The notes under the pieces were generated by a model. That model was not told the origin of the DNA, did not search any database, and saw nothing but the letters and a program-made list of their open reading frames with translations. Made by a program: the position numbers and the translations under genes. DNA of 38,431 bases from a virus, in the IMG/VR virus record IMGVR_UViG_3300045988_147738, positions 1 to 38,431 of that record; one strand, given 5' to 3'. Below are positions 1 to 7,979 of the stretch, piece after piece (positions within the stretch are counted from its first letter, which is position 1; the number at the start of each line of letters is the position of its first letter).

Positions 1-74
1 AAATGATTATGGTAGAATGATGATATTGATAAAAGAAAATGATTATGGTAGAATGATGATATTGATAAAAGAAA
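1..74. repeat. 36-bp tandem direct repeat (two full copies and a partial third) containing TTGATA and TGGTAGAAT promoter-like hexamers
   Basis: aatgattatggtagaatgatgatattgataaaagaa is repeated back to back at positions 3-38 and 39-74. Confidence 0.8.
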
Positions 75-242
75 ATGATAGAAGTTTGGTGCCCCCGCTC
101 GGTACCAACTCATCACTCAATTTCATCATTATCGTCATCCTCTGAATTTTTCAAGATACCCTTTCCAAAAAACGTCGAGCCCAGGTATTCTAATCGCCAA
201 TTTCCCAAATAAAAAATACCTGGGCCGACACGTTAATCGAAA

Positions 243-617
243 TTAAATGCGAGAAATCCAGTCGTTGAGGATTTCATCTACGGTTTTGCCCTTCTTAATC
301 GCACCCTTAGAGTTCGTCTCAAAACGGAAACCGGGGAGCTCAATCTTGAAGTTGCCTGGGTCCTTGTAGAATTTAAGGAAACTGTCCATTACCTTAATGA
401 CATCCTCGCCCTTCAACTCTGCGCCCTTATAGCCGACATAGGCCGCATAGTCGTTGATAGCATCGGCAACCGCTTCCGCTCGGGCCATCTTTTCCTTGTC
501 CTTCTTCTGGTCAGCATATGCCTTAGTGGCGTCATTCAGCATTGCAGTCATTTCCTTAGCAATATCCTCAGCGCTCTCGCCATTCATTAAACGCGTCAGA
601 ATATCGTTCTTATCCAT
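243..617 (-). CDS. hypothetical protein (124 aa)
   Basis: Intact ORF with ATG start, TAA stop and an AAGAGG ribosome-binding site. Two tandem TTGACA/TTGACT-N17/18-TATAAT promoters lie at 640-715 on the minus strand. Confidence 0.6.
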   Translation of the reverse strand: MDKNDILTRLMNGESAEDIAKEMTAMLNDATKAYADQKKDKEKMARAEAVADAINDYAAYVGYKGAELKGEDVIKVMDSFLKFYKDPGNFKIELPGFRFETNSKGAIKKGKTVDEILNDWISRI

Positions 618-847
618 TAAAATAACCTCTTTTCATTTTGTATACATATATTATACAAAAAATTTTTTTAAAAGTCAAGCGAGAAAAAAAATGGTTTTTT
701 TTATCATTATAACATAAATTTTTTTTTATGTCAAACCGGGCGGCATATGGGTACCGAGCGGGGCTCGGGTTTTGGGAAAATATGGGTGCATATGAGGGTC
801 GCTAGAATCACGGAAAATTTTCCATATGGGGTGGGAGAATGGAAATT

Positions 848-919
848 CGGACCGCAGCGCCCGCGCTCGGCCCGTTGTACCTCCCCTTTTATTATACCAC
901 ACCGGGCCCGCGTTGTCAA
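848..919. promoter_or_regulatory. promoter-hairpin module copy 1 (minus-strand TTGACA-N17-TGGTATAAT followed by an imperfect GC hairpin)
   Basis: Reverse complement of 891-919 reads TTGACAacgcgggcccggtgtggTATAAT. Hairpin at 848-875. A bidirectional terminator sits immediately to the right at 941-961. Confidence 0.6.
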
Positions 920-940
920 TAGGCAAAATGAACAAAAATT

Positions 941-961
941 AAGGGTGGATTTCTCCACCCT
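941..961. terminator. intrinsic terminator hairpin GGGTGGA-ttt-TCCACCC, with a T-run on the minus strand
   Basis: Perfect inverted repeat followed on the minus strand by TTAATTTTTGTT. Confidence 0.6.
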
Positions 962-1170
962 TAACAGAAGTTGTCAAAAATGTCATCAGACACTTGGCAC
1001 TCATACCAGCCGAAATATTCCCGGCGTGAGCGGAGTTCGCCCTCGATTTCATCCTCGTCTATGTCGGGATTTTGTATGTGGAGATACTGGATGACCCAGT
1101 GCTCGCTCGCGCATACATTCTCGTCAGCGTTGAAGTAAAATTTAGGGGTCACGATTATTCCTCCTCCCAC
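961..1170 (-). CDS. small acidic hypothetical protein; the likely GTG start at 1152 gives about 63 aa
   Basis: ORF ends in TAA. GGGAGGAGG ribosome-binding site 7 nt upstream of the GTG at 1150-1152, overlapping the stop of the upstream HD gene, which suggests translational coupling. Confidence 0.5.
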   Translation of the reverse strand: MGGGIIVTPKFYFNADENVCASEHWVIQYLHIQNPDIDEDEIEGELRSRREYFGWYECQVSDDIFDNFC

Positions 1171-1766
1171 GGCAGTTCGGGCGAAATTTCGTCCAGTTCC
1201 GCCTTGTCGTTATAGTCGGCGTTGATTGCTGGAATGTCGATAAACGCTCGGCTTGCCACATAGTCAGCCATGTGTACCAGTCTGTCGATAGGAGTGAAAG
1301 GTCTGTCCGCCTTGTCGGTAGTCCACTGACCCATGTGAGACTTGATGGCTTGCGTCAACTCATAGGGGCAGTCGCTCTCGAAAAACACCATCCATGTGCG
1401 GCAAACTTGGTCAGCGGCAATCGCGCCGTGCTTGGGGTACAACTCCTTGTCGAACTCGTGTAAGCCATACTTGGCTGTATCGTGGAGCAGACAGGCAACT
1501 CTTGCGTAGTCCTTGCGCTCGTCAGTGAGATACGCCCACTGGCTCATGCGGAGCAATTCCTCACAAAACCACGCGACCGCCTTAGTGTGGCGCACCAAAC
1601 CGCCCTCGCCTTGGCTCATAGCCGGATGGAACTTGCCGGAAGAACTCGCGCCGATAGTCCAGAAATAGTCGGGAACAATACAGTCGAAGTAGTAGCGCAC
1701 GAATGAGCGCAAATCCTCAGACTGAATGAACTCGATTTCGTGGTCAAAAAACTGGCTCTTATTCAT
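1155..1766 (-). CDS. HD-domain metal-dependent phosphohydrolase
   Basis: Motifs HTKAVAWF, LLHDTAKY and HMADYVASR match the HD superfamily H..HD..D pattern. Start chosen at MNKSQFF because of a GGAGG ribosome-binding site; the track's longer ORF runs into the promoter module. Confidence 0.65.
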   Translation of the reverse strand: MNKSQFFDHEIEFIQSEDLRSFVRYYFDCIVPDYFWTIGASSSGKFHPAMSQGEGGLVRHTKAVAWFCEELLRMSQWAYLTDERKDYARVACLLHDTAKYGLHEFDKELYPKHGAIAADQVCRTWMVFFESDCPYELTQAIKSHMGQWTTDKADRPFTPIDRLVHMADYVASRAFIDIPAINADYNDKAELDEISPELPWEEE

Positions 1767-1889
1767 AGATGCCTCCGTGCTGTTGGTGGGTTCCAGCTCC
1801 CTCAGATTGTTTATAGTATAGCGCATTTCGGGACAAAATGCAATAGTCAATTTATACAAATTTTCACCGGAAAAATTGTTGAAAATGTG

Positions 1890-1962
1890 TATTGACAAAA
1901 ATGCCGGGCGCCACAATCGTGAACGCCCGACCCATTATACCACAGTCAGAGGGCGTTGTCAA
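1890..1962. promoter_or_regulatory. promoter-hairpin module copy 2
   Basis: Minus strand reads TTGACAacgccctctgactgtggTATAAT, then hairpin GGGCG-ttcacgattgtg-GCGCCCG. Near-identical to copy 7 at 11226. Confidence 0.65.
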
Positions 1963-1983
1963 TAGTCAAATTGAATAAAAAAA

Positions 1984-2537
1984 TTATACTAAATTTTTTA
2001 TCATTTGTAAGGTTTTATCATACCCATATTTTTCAAGTAAACGAGTGATTTCTTTATCAAAAGGTTTTCTATTTTCAAAATTTAATTTTATATTTTCTTC
2101 ATTTATTACCCATCTTAAATTTTCAAGTCTATTATCTGTTTTTATTCCATTGATGTGGTCAACAACTAAATTGTTCGCATTTATATTTGTTTGAAAAGTA
2201 TTTAATACAAGTCTATGAATTCTATATTTTTTCTTATTTGGTAAATTTAAATATAAATATCCATTATTTAATACCCCTTTATAAAATACACCATCTTTTT
2301 TAATACGCCCCATTGTAGATATTAAATAGTCTGGTAAATCATAACACTGTTTCCATTCTTCATCAGGTAAATCCTAGGTTTCATCTTTTATAATATTATA
2401 ATAATTAGTGTGATTACGTTTTTCTATAAATACTAATTCAATTCCACGTCTTTTACAAAAAGCGATAAAAATATTTTTATCTACTCGTGAAGTTGTTAAA
2501 TTATATTTTTCTATAATTTCTTTTGTTGATAACATTA
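1984..2537 (-). CDS. HNH homing endonuclease (HNH_3-type) with one in-frame TAG at 2376-2378; AT-rich insert
   Basis: C-terminal region YRIHRLVLNTF...NLVVDHINGIKTDNRLENLRWV is a canonical HNH motif. Reading through TAG joins it in frame to an upstream 56-aa HTH-like region and an EEWK...GRIKKDG motif, with an AAGGAGG ribosome-binding site before the ATG at 2537. About 25% GC inside a 50% GC region. Confidence 0.7.
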
Positions 2538-2570
2538 TAGAACCTCCTTTAATATTCTATTATATTTAAA

Positions 2571-2628
2571 AAAACACACAAAATCATTACCCTGTTTTGT
2601 CCTGGGTAATGATTTTGTGTGTTTTATT
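2571..2628. terminator. long perfect hairpin (19-bp stem) flanked by an A-run and a T-run; bidirectional terminator
   Basis: ACACACAAAATCATTACCC-tgttttgtcc-tGGGTAATGATTTTGTGTGT. Confidence 0.7.
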
Positions 2629-3022
2629 ATAGGGCGATTTGGTAAGTTCGACGAATGGTAATTTCAACAGATTTCGGCTTCACAGGACAGGCAAATCTGT
2701 CATTTCTCACAAACACGCCGTATCCCTTTTTCTGCCAGTTCTCACGATTTTTGTCCTCGTATCGCAAAGTGTTATACTTGGAGAGCGGTAGCGAAAAATC
2801 GTAAATAAATTCAGAATTGTGCGGTAAACGGTGAACGGCGGTCTTGCGGTAGTTTCTTGTGTGTTCCTGCTGTCTACGCTTTAAGTCGTTAGTCGTGCCT
2901 ATTTTCAGAATGTAGACACCATTTTCATCATAATAGTGTCCAACATACAAAAATTCCTTGTTTTTCACACTTTTTTCCTCATTTTCTGGGGAAAATGGGG
3001 GATTTCTCCCCCATTTTCTCAA
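2627..3022 (-). CDS. GIY-YIG (T5orf172-like) domain protein
   Basis: FLYVGHYYDENGVYILKIGTTNDLKRRQQEH fits the GIY...YIG...R...E nuclease motif. The start is uncertain: TTG at 3022 or a downstream GTG with a GAGGA ribosome-binding site. Confidence 0.5.
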   Translation of the reverse strand: MRKWGRNPPFSPENEEKSVKNKEFLYVGHYYDENGVYILKIGTTNDLKRRQQEHTRNYRKTAVHRLPHNSEFIYDFSLPLSKYNTLRYEDKNRENWQKKGYGVFVRNDRFACPVKPKSVEITIRRTYQIAL

Positions 3023-3417
3023 CTTTTCGGCTTGCGCTTCTGCACAAGGGTCAGTTCATAGGAATTTTCACCAACCGAAAATGCAATCTGTCTCTCTTTA
3101 TTAGTTATTTCCACATTTTCGCAGGCATTTTCGCTGTTTTCGGTCAAAAATGTTGCGAGTTCAGCGATAATGGACGCTTTCGTGGGATTTGCCTTGCGTT
3201 CCCTTGTGGTGAATTTGTATGCGGTGGGGGTCTTGCGTGTGCCAGTCTTAGCGAATTTCTGTGCGACTTTGAGCTGTTCTTTCGACAGGTCAAAATCCTG
3301 TGCCTTACCCTTGTCGATTTCTCGGTCAGAGTTCCACACGGCTTCCGCTTCATCGGCAGTCCAGCCCATTTTCGCCATAGCGTTTTTCAGCCATTCGGTT
3401 TTGGAGATTTCAGCCAT
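3019..3417 (-). CDS. hypothetical protein (132 aa), paralog of 5565-5921
   Basis: Shares KTPTAYKFTTRERKANPTKASII with RQPTAYKFAPRERKANLTKQGII in the paralog. TGA stop. Confidence 0.6.
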   Translation of the reverse strand: MAEISKTEWLKNAMAKMGWTADEAEAVWNSDREIDKGKAQDFDLSKEQLKVAQKFAKTGTRKTPTAYKFTTRERKANPTKASIIAELATFLTENSENACENVEITNKERQIAFSVGENSYELTLVQKRKPKS

Positions 3418-3478
3418 AAAACACCGCCTTTTCAGATTTTAGAGGAGAGAGGGGGAGAGGTTATCTCCCCCTCTTGTC

Positions 3479-3976
3479 TCACTTGGCGGTGAAATACGCC
3501 TTGCGCTTATCCTCGATACGGTCTGCCTGACCGTCCAGCACCATCTGACGCACCAGAGAAGAAACCTTCTGATTGGACGCATCGGCGATAGCGGGGACAG
3601 ACTTCATCAGAGCGGACACGGTGTACTTCTCGCCCTTGTGGGCGTCCAGAAACGCCTTGATGTCAGCCTTGATACCCTCGTTTGCCACCTGCATGGCGGT
3701 CGGCTTCTTGTCCACGGTGTTCTTGCGGTCGAGCAGTTCCAGCTCGTGGTTCAGGAAGCCCGCCACATCAGCACCGGAAACCTTGACAGTGGCATCACCC
3801 TTGGAAATGTCATAGGTGGCGTCCATATCCACCTTGGACAGAATGGCGGTGAAATAGTCGCGCTTGGTCAGACGAACAGAGGAAGTGGTGTTAGTCATAG
3901 TATCAACCCTTTCTGCGTTTTTAGGTGTCGCCCACCATATTGTTGTTTCCCTCTTGGAACATCTATATTCTAACAC
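3479..3976 (-). CDS. hypothetical protein (165 aa), paralog of 5973-6374
   Basis: Shares LLDRKNTVDKKPT and SNQKVSSLVRQMVLDGQADRIEDKRKAYF with the paralog. A GC hairpin at 3440-3472 separates it from the downstream gene, as in the other copy. Confidence 0.6.
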   Translation of the reverse strand: MLEYRCSKRETTIWWATPKNAERVDTMTNTTSSVRLTKRDYFTAILSKVDMDATYDISKGDATVKVSGADVAGFLNHELELLDRKNTVDKKPTAMQVANEGIKADIKAFLDAHKGEKYTVSALMKSVPAIADASNQKVSSLVRQMVLDGQADRIEDKRKAYFTAK

Positions 3977-4163
3977 ATATCCGAAGCCTTGTCAAGACTT
4001 TTTTTCGGATTTGTGGAATTTTTTTAAGGTACACGCCCCGCCGGGAGGTCTTACCCTCTCCCTTGGAACAATTATATATTACCACACCCTTGGGCAAATT
4101 ACAATAGTCAATACTCACAAAAAAATGGGATTTTCAACATCTAAAATTTGTGCAAAAAAACAC

Positions 4164-4259
4164 TTGACAAAATTTGTGCCACGTGGTATAATGGAAATTT
4201 CGGGCGCCACATCCGTGAGCGCCCGACTCATTTTAACACATTTGAGCGCATTTGTCAAT
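4164..4259. promoter_or_regulatory. promoter-hairpin module copy 3: convergent plus and minus consensus promoters flanking a GC hairpin
   Basis: Plus strand reads TTGACA(4164)-N17-TATAAT(4187). Hairpin GGGCGCC-acatccgtga-GCGCCCG at 4202-4225. Minus strand reads TTGACA(rc 4254-4259)-N17-TAAAAT. Confidence 0.7.
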
Positions 4260-4299
4260 AGGCAATTTGCACAAAAATAAACCAGCGTAGTTGGCTACT

Positions 4300-4625
4300 A
4301 CGCTGGTTCCCCTGTTGATACTCGCCAGCCGTCCGGACAGCCAGCCCACTTCTACACAGCAGACCTAATCAGACGGGCGCAATGCCCACATAGATGGTCT
4401 TTCTCGGCACGCGGTGAATGTGGTTAGAACTTCGTACCCAGTCCCAATTTCTAACGAGGGGTTCAAGATAGCGTTTGAGAAGAAACTGTCGAGGGGACAA
4501 ACACTCTGTTAAAATCCATCTTGGCCGGGGAATTAAATATAATCAATCATTAAACTATCTAATCAAACAATGATTGACTACTAAGGTGGTCGATACAATC
4601 GCCATTTCATTTTTCTCACCTCACA
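4300..4625 (-). ncRNA. candidate noncoding RNA or long leader: an ORF-free interval between a consensus minus-strand promoter and a terminator
   Basis: No ORF longer than 10 codons has a ribosome-binding site. A minus-strand promoter at 4631-4660 (reverse complement TTGACAaatcgccccgcctgtgcTATACT) and the minus terminator hairpin at 4283-4310 bracket it. The plus-strand promoter of module 3 also reads into this interval. Confidence 0.35.
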
Positions 4626-4668
4626 ATATTAGTATAGCACAGGCGGGGCGATTTGTCAAGAGTTTTTT

Positions 4669-5352
4669 TCAAAACTCTAACTCGTCCCGAACGCCATAGC
4701 CGGAGAAATCGAGGATAACAGGAGAAATGCCAATGTACCCAATGTTTGAGCCGTGGAGGTCGTTTATGTGATACTTCTTGACGAACTCACAGAGGGCGAT
4801 AACCTTGCGCTTACCGTGGAGGGAAACGGCGACTTTTGCCCACAATCCATCAAGGTTGCGCCCATAGCCATTTTGGTCTGCCTTGCGGAACTGCCGTTCA
4901 ATCTGATTAACTCGGCAATCAGGAACAGTCTTTGCGATACGGATAAGACGATTTTTCAGCCCATCCTCTTGCCAGCAGATTTTATGAGCACAGTTGGTGA
5001 TAATCTGTTGAGCGGTGAACGCAATCGCTTCGCCATCACGAGGAGAAACAATGTAGCCAGCCAACATAGTGGCGGGGAAAAAATCAGCGAGGTTTGCGTC
5101 TACGGCTTTCTGATACACAGCCACTTCGCGCTCTGCGTCCCGCGTCTCCATAGACCATTTGAGAACATAGCCCAGCTCAGGAAACACCAGACATTCCTTG
5201 GTCGCGCCGTTGCTGGTGACTATCTTGACATTAGGGTATTCGTTGTGGATAACGCGGCACAGACTGTCTGCCTGTCTGACCAGTCTCGGCTTTTCAGATA
5301 CCGCCTGCTGAATGGTCAGGATAAAATCCTGAACTCTCGGAAACTCCATCAT
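4669..5352 (-). CDS. putative protein-kinase-like (APH/ePK-fold) protein
   Basis: HINDLHGSNIGY...ILDFSG resembles a kinase catalytic loop (HxDLHxxN) followed by a DFG-like motif. GAAAGGAG ribosome-binding site. Weak assignment. Confidence 0.35.
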   Translation of the reverse strand: MMEFPRVQDFILTIQQAVSEKPRLVRQADSLCRVIHNEYPNVKIVTSNGATKECLVFPELGYVLKWSMETRDAEREVAVYQKAVDANLADFFPATMLAGYIVSPRDGEAIAFTAQQIITNCAHKICWQEDGLKNRLIRIAKTVPDCRVNQIERQFRKADQNGYGRNLDGLWAKVAVSLHGKRKVIALCEFVKKYHINDLHGSNIGYIGISPVILDFSGYGVRDELEF

Positions 5353-5429
5353 TCATCGCTCCTTTCAGTATCATCATTATAGCACATTACAGGAGAATTA
5401 CAATAGGCAAAATGCACAAAATTTTGCGG

Positions 5430-5523
5430 AAAAAATTTCTGAAATTGTATAATGTGCCGAAAACCGGGCGCCAGGACCGTAAGCGCCCGGCCAAATTATA
5501 CCACACGCGCTCGGATTTGTCAA
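5430..5523. promoter_or_regulatory. promoter-hairpin module copy 4
   Basis: Minus strand reads TTGACAaatccgagcgcgtgtggTATAAT, then hairpin GGGCGCC-aggaccgtaa-GCGCCCG. A plus-strand TATAAT lies at 5448. Confidence 0.65.
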
Positions 5524-5564
5524 TAGGCAAAATACACAAAAAAAATGAGGGAGATTTCTCTCCC

Positions 5565-5921
5565 TCACTTGCGCGGGCAACTAAGCACAACCTTATATTT
5601 TGTTCCATCAAGCGTGAATAAAAATTCGCGCTCCGCGTTGCTCACGTTCAGGTCAGTCGCGCCGTATGTGGTCAGTGTCTCGGTCAGCAAGGTGATAATG
5701 CCTTGCTTCGTAAGATTAGCCTTTCTTTCTCTTGGCGCGAACTTGTATGCGGTCGGCTGGCGTCCTACTCCACGCGCTTTCTTGCTTGCCTTTTCCTGTT
5801 CCTCGGTCAGCGGAAACGGATTGCCGCCCTTGTCGATGATAGCATCTTGAACAATAATGTCCTTTGCTTCGGCTTCGGTACAATCCAGCTTTCGCATGAG
5901 GTCGGCAACTCGGTCAGTCAT
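5565..5921 (-). CDS. hypothetical protein (118 aa), paralog of 3019-3417
   Basis: See the paralog. TGA stop. Confidence 0.6.
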   Translation of the reverse strand: MTDRVADLMRKLDCTEAEAKDIIVQDAIIDKGGNPFPLTEEQEKASKKARGVGRQPTAYKFAPRERKANLTKQGIITLLTETLTTYGATDLNVSNAEREFLFTLDGTKYKVVLSCPRK

Positions 5922-5972
5922 GCGGTACTCCTTTCAGGGTTAGGGTGGGGAGCAATCCCCACCCTTTGAGGT

Positions 5973-6374
5973 TTACGCGCTCACCTTGCGGAAGAACGCC
6001 TTGCGCTTGTCCTCCACGCGCTCCACCTGCTTATCCAGCACCATCTGCCGGACGAGGGAGGACAGCTTCTGATTGCTCATGTCCTTACAGACGGGGAACT
6101 CTTTGAGCATCTCGCTGATGGAATACAGCCGGTTGCTCTCCATAGCGGACAGGACAGAGGTCTTGATAACCTCATTCTCCTGCTGGGTCTTGGTGGGCTT
6201 CTTGTCCACGGTGTTCTTGCGGTCGAGCAGGTCGATTTCGTGGGTGATGAACTCCACCAGCTTGGGGTCAGCCTTGACCTCGGACAGCTTGAGCAGGGCG
6301 GTGAAATTGTCGCGCTTGGTGGGCTTACGGGTGGCGGTGTTAGTGTTAGCCATAGTATCAATTCCTTTCTCCAT
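5973..6374 (-). CDS. hypothetical protein (133 aa), paralog of 3479-3976
   Basis: See the paralog. Proximal promoter at 6399-6450 (reverse complement TTGACAatcccagcgcaagctgtTATAAT). A GC hairpin at 5936-5962 lies between the two genes of the cassette. Confidence 0.6.
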   Translation of the reverse strand: MEKGIDTMANTNTATRKPTKRDNFTALLKLSEVKADPKLVEFITHEIDLLDRKNTVDKKPTKTQQENEVIKTSVLSAMESNRLYSISEMLKEFPVCKDMSNQKLSSLVRQMVLDKQVERVEDKRKAFFRKVSA

Positions 6375-6454
6375 TTGGTTTTGAGGGCTTTACCCTCCTG
6401 ACATTATCTATTATAACAGCTTGCGCTGGGATTGTCAAGACTTTTTTTCAAAAT

Positions 6455-6900
6455 TCTTGATTTTTTTTAATAGTGTCAACAGGGGAACGTCCCACAAGTA
6501 TTCACAACGACTTACAACCTCGCCTGACGAATAAGGTGTTGCTTGTTGGTTCAACGTTTCCATGCGCATGGACGAACTGACCAATCCACTCACTTTTCGT
6601 TCATCGTTTGGGATTACTGCGCTGGTATAGGGCTTACTTCCTTTACTCTCTCACGGTTCGCGACCCGTGGATTTCTTGGGTGGGGCTGTTCCCCTCTTGA
6701 CATTATCAATTATAGCACAGGTGCTGGGGATTGTCAAGAGGGAATTTGCGGGTCAGTTACCGAGTTATCACACCCGCCAGCGTGGCTCTTGCGAGGCGAC
6801 TTGCTGTTCCCTCTTGACATTATGTAGTATAGCACAGGTGGGTATGGATTACAATAGGCAAACTATACAAGTTTCGGGAAAAATAAATAAAAAAATTTAT
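6455..6900 (-). ncRNA. ORF-free interval driven by two tandem minus-strand promoters; candidate noncoding RNA(s)
   Basis: Promoters at 6715-6745 (reverse complement TTGACAatccccagcacctgtgcTATAAT, embedded in the palindrome CCTCTTGACA-N28-TGTCAAGAGG) and 6810-6845. No ORF in 6470-6700 has a ribosome-binding site. The 16-mer GTTCCCCTGTTGAYAC is shared with the interval at 4307. Confidence 0.3.
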
Positions 6901-6912
6901 GTAAAAAAACTC

Positions 6913-7007
6913 TTGACAAAATTGCTGGCGGGGTGTATAATGGTGAATTCCGGCCGAGACGCGCGAAATCGGCCGGCCATTATACCACACCCAGGCACAT
7001 TTGTCAA
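6913..7007. promoter_or_regulatory. promoter-hairpin module copy 5
   Basis: Plus strand reads TTGACAaaattgctggcggggtgTATAAT. Hairpin GGCCG-agacgcgcgaaat-CGGCC. Minus strand reads TTGACAaatgtgcctgggtgtggTATAAT. Confidence 0.7.
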
Positions 7008-7022
7008 TAGGTAAAAATGCAC

Positions 7023-7056
7023 AAAAAATGAGGGGAAAATCCCCTCATTTTTTTAG
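7023..7056. terminator. bidirectional intrinsic terminator
   Basis: aaaaaATGAGGGGAaaaTCCCCTCATttttttt. Confidence 0.7.
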
Positions 7057-7586
7057 TCCATCTGACAAGCGAGAAATGTGTCCCGCTTTTCGTTCAGTTT
7101 GACGATTTCGCCCGCCAGCGCATCAGCCCTCATAGCCAACAGACGCCCATAGCCCTTGCGCCAGTTCAGCATACCATCGGGATTGACCGTGTAAATGAGC
7201 TTCTCCTTTTCCACGGTCTTGGTGTCCTTGCACTCCGTGCGGAAATCCTGTCCATTCATAGCCAGCAGAGCGTTCTGCGCCACTCCCGGCAAACGCATCC
7301 AGTCATACTCGGTCATCAGAGCGTTGCCATCCTTGTCAATCATCCAGATTTCCGCTTCCCACGGGTCAATCTTGATTTCCTTGGTGCTTTTCTCGGTGCG
7401 TACCACCTTGATGATACCCTCGTCCCGCAGGAACGACAGGGAATTGTAGGTGTACCGCCGGTAGTCGTGCTTTGCCTTGGAGAAGTCCTCGGAAGTGAAC
7501 TCCTTGTTTCCGAATAGGTCTACCAGCCACTTGTAGGTCTTGACCGTGCGGTTGAAATTGTGAACATTGGCATAGCGAGCTTTCAT
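7053..7586 (-). CDS. hypothetical protein (about 177 aa)
   Basis: Start taken at MKARYANVHNF with an AAAAGGAG ribosome-binding site. Upstream promoter reads TTGACAacgcccccattccatgcTATAAT, with its -35 inside the terminator loop at 7660-7690. Confidence 0.55.
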   Translation of the reverse strand: MKARYANVHNFNRTVKTYKWLVDLFGNKEFTSEDFSKAKHDYRRYTYNSLSFLRDEGIIKVVRTEKSTKEIKIDPWEAEIWMIDKDGNALMTEYDWMRLPGVAQNALLAMNGQDFRTECKDTKTVEKEKLIYTVNPDGMLNWRKGYGRLLAMRADALAGEIVKLNEKRDTFLACQMD

Positions 7587-7699
7587 AGTTTTTTCTCCTT
7601 TTCTGTTGGTGGGGCTTACCATCGTTTCCCCTACCTTGAATTTGTAATGTTATTATAGCATGGAATGGGGGCGTTGTCAACCCCCATTCCAAACTTTTT

Positions 7700-7912
7700 T
7701 TACGGGGTGTCGTGCTTGCGGTATTCAGTCAGGTCAGGGTCGCCAATCCATTCCGAAAAGTCAACCCAGTAGTCGAATTCATGGAGAATGGTAGTTTCCT
7801 CGCCCTCGAATACTCCACCACAGCAGGCACAAATGACATTTCCGTCATCAGTCTGAATACCCGCCTGAACGCCATCTGAATGGTCGCTCTTAAACAGAAC
7901 TTGCTTCGGCAT
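7700..7912 (-). CDS. small Cys-containing hypothetical protein (70 aa)
   Basis: AAGGAGG ribosome-binding site. Promoter at 7935-7975 (reverse complement TTGACAgtccctttctcatgtggTATAAT). Confidence 0.55.
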   Translation of the reverse strand: MPKQVLFKSDHSDGVQAGIQTDDGNVICACCGGVFEGEETTILHEFDYWVDFSEWIGDPDLTEYRKHDTP

Positions 7913-7979
7913 TTCGCTTACCTCCTTATTTCAGTATAGTCATTATACCACATGAGAAAGGGACTGTCAAGCCCCAATC

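Noticed and set aside
726-1094. Track ORFs 726-935(-), 731-958(-) and 747-1094(+)
   Set aside because: They overlap the promoter-hairpin module, its terminator and the leader of gene 243-617. They have no ribosome-binding site and their composition is typical of GC-rich regulatory DNA.
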